A stretch of 41,530 bases of DNA, from assembly GCF_004010195.1 (NCBI RefSeq), contig NC_057719.1, forward strand, positions 89,203,484-89,245,013, read 5' to 3'. Every line of letters starts with the position of its first letter. The first letter of the stretch is position 1. A program made the position numbers and the translations under genes. Source of the stretch: Chiloscyllium plagiosum. Its lineage: Eukaryota. This document shows, piece after piece, positions 37,772 to 41,530 of the stretch. The notes under the pieces are model-generated. The model searched no databases and was not told the DNA's origin. It saw only the letters and a program-made list of their open reading frames with translations.

Positions 37772-38227
37772 TCAGACGAAGGCACCGTCCTTGGCCAAGT
37801 CCCGGGCGATGGGCACACTGGGGGCAAGTGCAGCGACGGATTTAGTGGGCACCCATCTACCCTCGTGGGTGCTCTTGTGAAATTTGCGGGATGTCCATAG
37901 GAGGCGGCGGTGGAACGCGTCCATCACCGCCCCCAGTTCGCCCAGGAGGCCGATACCCATAATCGTCCCCTCCGAGTTTGGGCAAACCCAGAAATGCACG
38001 GGGAGTAAAATGTTGTCTACCTCTAGGAGGACGGCCTCGCTTCGGCGTGCAATAACCGAGCTTCCCCCAACCCCTTTAATGGAAATGGAGTGGTGGGTTG
38101 AGGGAATGTCGAGGTCGGTGAGGGAGACCGACGCCCCCGTATCAATCAAAATCTTGCATCGGCGACCCCCTAGCGATGCGGAAACCCAGATACGGGGGTC
38201 GGCTCCTGGGACGGGGGACGACGCTAC
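37772..38227 (-). CDS. pro: Retroviral aspartic protease
   Basis: CKILIDTGASVSL, flap IKGVGG, IMGIGLL; same frame as gag, after the TGA. Confidence 0.9.
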   Translation of the reverse strand, partial: VASSPVPGADPRIWVSASLGGRRCKILIDTGASVSLTDLDIPSTHHSISIKGVGGSSVIARRSEAVLLEVDNILLPVHFWVCPNSEGTIMGIGLLGELGAVMDAFHRRLLWTSRKFHKSTHEGRWVPTKSVAALAPSVPIARDLAKDGAFV

Positions 38228-39902
38228 TCAGTCTTTGTGTCGGGCGAGCAGCTGTAAAAGCTCGAGCAGCTGGTCCTGACTGAGTTGATCCCAGTCGGGG
38301 GTGGTGGGTTTTGGGCTTGGGCTGCGGGGTTTGTGGGGTTTGTGGGGGCTGGGGTCGCTGTTGACCCCTTGTCTGGGGCGATCCTGGTCGTGGGGGCGCG
38401 AGGAGTGCGGCTGTGAAGGTGGCTGGCCCCCCTTCGGACCCGGACCCCAAGGGCGTCGGAAAGAGAGAGGGCATTGGGCTTTGCGGTGCCCCATCCGTTT
38501 GCAGCGGAAGCAAACGTCCAGTTCGTCCGTCGAAACTGCCGCAACGGCGGGCGCCGCTTGGTTGTCAAGAGACATGGCCCAGTTCTCAAGCTCTGCAAAG
38601 GTGACATAAGGCACCAGGCCCGTCCGTAGGACTGCCTGGTGTGCAGGGCTCAGGCCATCTTTGTATAATTGGACGAATGCGGGGTTCTGCCTATCAGCGT
38701 CGGGAACCCCGCTGTGTGCTCGGAACGCCTCAAACTTGCGGACCCCATGTTCCTGATACCCACAATGGTGTTCCAGTCGACCGGTGTATGGCCGAGCGCC
38801 TCGCTGACATCAGCCTTGAAGTCAGCGAGGGCAACCTCCTGTTCTTGACGGCTGTCGCTGAGGTCAGTGCACCAGGACCCACAGGTTCTCCGGGAGTTTG
38901 GTCCGGACCAGGCCGGCCACGTCCCTATTGTGAAGGTTGTGGCAGATTTTCTTTTATTAAATTACATTACTTTCGATTAGATTATTAGATTACATTACAG
39001 TATGGAAACAGGCCCTTCGGCCCAACAAGTCCACACCAATCCGCCGAAGCGCAACCCACCCATACCCTTACATGTACCCCTTACCTAATACCAAGGGCAA
39101 TTTAGCATGGCCAATTCACCTGACCTGCACCTCTTTGGACTGTAGGAGGAAACCGGAGCACCCGGAGGAAACCCACGCTGACACAGGGAGAATGTGCAAA
39201 CTCCACACAGTCAGTCGCCTGAGTCAGGAATTGAACCCGGGTCTCTGGCGCTGTGAGGCAGCAGTGCTAACCACTGTGCCACCATGCCGCCATCTGCATC
39301 TCCCTAAGCCTCTGCCAAAATTCAGCGTTATTGTGCCGAGGCTTAAGGGCGTGGAGCCTGTCCAGAAGTTTCATGGTGTCGCCCGGGGTTAGGGAGACAT
39401 AGGTCATCTTAAGACGGGGGTTATGGGCAAGGGTCGTGGCCCGTCCCCTCTCCCCTCCCCCGGGGGTATATTCAACTTTCACCGGGGCTGCATGGGCATA
39501 GCCCGTGCGCGATTCCCGGGGGTCCGGATTGTCCGTGAGCCCCTCCCAGTCCCAGGTGGGGGACGGCGGGGCGCTGGGCGCATCAGATAAGGTCGGTCAA
39601 ACCGTACGGGCAGCAAGCGCCTGGGCTTCTAGGTGCTCTGTGGCCTGCTTTTTCATGTCTTGGACATAAAGCTGAACCTTGCCAGCAAGCCTAACGTGTG
39701 CCTGTAGCACCAGGATGCAAGCTTTCTCGTACCTATCTTTCTTCTGGCGGGCCCACCACTCGCGCTGTACATCCAGCGAGTCGGCGGGTCGCCAGCCTGA
39801 GCGAAGCATAGCCTTAATAACTTTTTTATTCTCGTCGGCTATAAAACGGGTAAGGGAACCCTCCGGCCCCCAATCTAGGTCTTCAGCCGCGCTTCCATCC
39901 AT
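38228..39902 (-). pseudogene. gag: Gag polyprotein: stop at 39597-39599, SINE insertion, frameshifts in CA
   Basis: PSAP late domain 39567-39578; CA-like VDWNTIVGIR..FVQLYKDGL; zinc knuckle CFRCKRMGHRKAQC. Confidence 0.88.
38948..39291 (-). mobile_element. HE1-like SINE inserted in gag
   Basis: Full SINE head to tail; removing it restores ...REMQ-ICHNLHNRDV. Confidence 0.92.
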
Positions 39903-40766
39903 GGTAGGGGCGCAGTGGGTGTAACTTGACAGAAGCTAAACTAAAAAAAAGCTAGCAGGCGTGCTAAGGGATGTCACTGGCACTAGCTTATTAATCTCCC
40001 AGTCGGGGTGCCCACTCCTTGTAAGTCAAACCCTAGCCCCGCGGGTCAACCTGGGCAGGGGTGGGGATAGTTACAGATTCCTGAGCGCGCGACCCCGGGT
40101 TTCCGTGAGTCTCTCTCTCACCGCCTGACATTCAGCGGCCGTGTGTACCCCACGAACACTGGGCGTGAACCAGGGGCCCGAGTGCAAGGGCGGGGGGGCG
40201 TGAACTCAGACCTAACCGCGCCTGATCCTGCAGAGGCCAACACCTTGGGACCGCGAAGTCAATGGGCAGAGCGCGTAACCGTCGCTTGGCCCAGAGGCTC
40301 TGCATCTCGGGCTGGTTTGGAGGACTTCCCTTCTTGTAGCGCGCGTAGACCTCCCAGCCTCTACTGTGTACGCAAGGAAGGCGCTAAAACGGCTCAACGT
40401 ACAATGGGGTCCCCTATCTCCCACTGCAGAGGTCAACCAGGAAGGCTTGTTTGGTCGGTTTTTCAACAGGGGGAGTCAATCTGTCGGGGTCTCGTACCTA
40501 AAGTCGTCGGTCCAAGGATAGTTCGTCAGTCACAGTAGCACATTAACAAATAACGACAATAATAATAATCACGCACACATTTACTAGTGTTCCGCGACCC
40601 CAATCGCCCACCCACGAAGGATCACTCACACACACACTTTTAAAGAATACTCTACCGTTACACGACTGCCGGACTCACTCTGTTCACAGGTTCAGATAAC
40701 GGCCGGCAGTGAAGTCCCTTGCGGGGCACTGGGAGATTTTTACGCGAGAAGTAAAAGAGTAAAGTG

Positions 40767-40775
40767 ACTCACCCA
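40767..40775 (-). promoter_or_regulatory. Major splice donor
   Basis: TGG|GTGAGT about 35 nt downstream of the PBS; second AGA|GTGAGT at 40673-40681. Confidence 0.65.
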
Positions 40776-40806
40776 GTGCCGTCGCAGGGATCCAGCAGCC
40801 GTCGTT

Positions 40807-40824
40807 ATCCAGGACGAGCCCCCA
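40807..40824 (-). promoter_or_regulatory. Primer-binding site, tRNA-Pro
   Basis: TGGGGGCTCGTCCTGGAT, 17/18 match to the MLV-type PBS-Pro TGGGGGCTCGTCCGGGAT, 2 nt after the LTR end. Confidence 0.93.
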
Positions 40825-40826
40825 AT

Positions 40827-41530
40827 TGTTAGCGCAGATAAAATGATATCAATCCGAGCCCAGAGTGCGGTTCAACAATCGGTAATGTTTATTGATACAG
40901 GTCCGAATCTCGGCTGTTCTGCTGTTCCCGCGCGCTGCTACACATTATATACCTTTCTTTGTCAGGATGTGAGGATTTTGAGTATGAATGGGATGATAGT
41001 TCCCCATCATCGCTGGAGTAGGTGCAAATGGTGGGTTTCCTGCCGTCCCCGGAGAATTGCGGTGTACACACAATAGGGTGCTAATTGGATTATGTAAACG
41101 GGTCCGGGTACTATCTGCTTGTCTCTCTCTGTGAGGGCTGGGGGCTAGCACCCCCTTTGTTCCCCTTGGGGTGCTGGTGTGTATTAGTCTATTCGTTCCT
41201 GTCTGATGGATGCCTGTCCTTTGTGTCAGGATGGTTCTGTATTAATGAATATGGGTGTGTTTCAGTCAGTCTCTTGATTTGATTAGGAGATGGGTTTCCA
41301 TATTAATTAGCTCCGGAGTTTCGGTCTATGAGTCATGGTTAGTGTCTGGCCTAGTGTGAATGTGATCTATCCTCTGGCTCCCATCTCCCGGTCACATGAG
41401 CGGACCAGCAGCTGCTGAGTTCTGTGGGTTTAAGCTGCGGCTGCCGTTTAAAACACAAAATGAATTCCTATAGTTTTACCGATCTAGGCATAGTCCCGTG
41501 GCAAATGTGGGGCGGCTCTGATGCCCGCTT
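40827..41530 (-). repeat. 5' LTR (truncated by the window end)
   Basis: Direct repeat of 34317-35043; TATATAA at 40945-40951; adjacent to the PBS. Confidence 0.95.

Larger units (their letters stand above)
34317..41530 (-). mobile_element. Endogenous retrovirus, defective, lokiretrovirus-like; runs off the window end
   Basis: Two LTRs, PBS-Pro, gag-pro-delta-pol-env order on the minus strand. Confidence 0.93.

Noticed and set aside
15481..39392. Recurrent short ORFs 'MDCGRKPEHPEETH...'
   Set aside because: Antisense translations of HE1-like SINE copies
40212..40466. 84-aa ORF in the proviral leader, and the antisense ORFs across the provirus
   Set aside because: Non-ATG starts, GC-rich sequence and no motifs; not supportable without conservation data

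Overview
Eukaryotic, repeat-saturated genomic DNA with two N-gaps (1305-2199, 6107-6183) and no recognisable host gene. HE1-type SINEs and the CR1/Penelope content point to a shark or other elasmobranch (inference). The first 14.4 kb is a ~70-bp satellite that switches polarity at ~8.05 kb and carries Penelope-like (PLE), CR1, Tx1 and Tigger-like insertions. From 13.3 to 24.5 kb there is an old inverted duplication whose arms show reciprocal filled and empty insertion sites. From 24.5 to 34.3 kb are nested CR1, Rex1/Babar, PLE and SINE fragments. Many PLE ends carry minimal hammerhead-ribozyme cores. The main finding is a minus-strand endogenous provirus at 34317..>41530. It has LTRs about 98% identical, a tRNA-Pro PBS, gag (PSAP, CCHC), one in-frame TGA before the protease with a candidate pseudoknot, a pol lacking almost all of RT/RNase H/IN core, and a retrovirus-type IN C-terminus. 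Its env resembles a paramyxo/pneumovirus-F-type fusion protein (lokiretrovirus-like) with an extra Cys-rich N-terminal domain. Splice signals suggest a multiply spliced accessory transcript. All family assignments come from motif recognition by eye; no searches were run.
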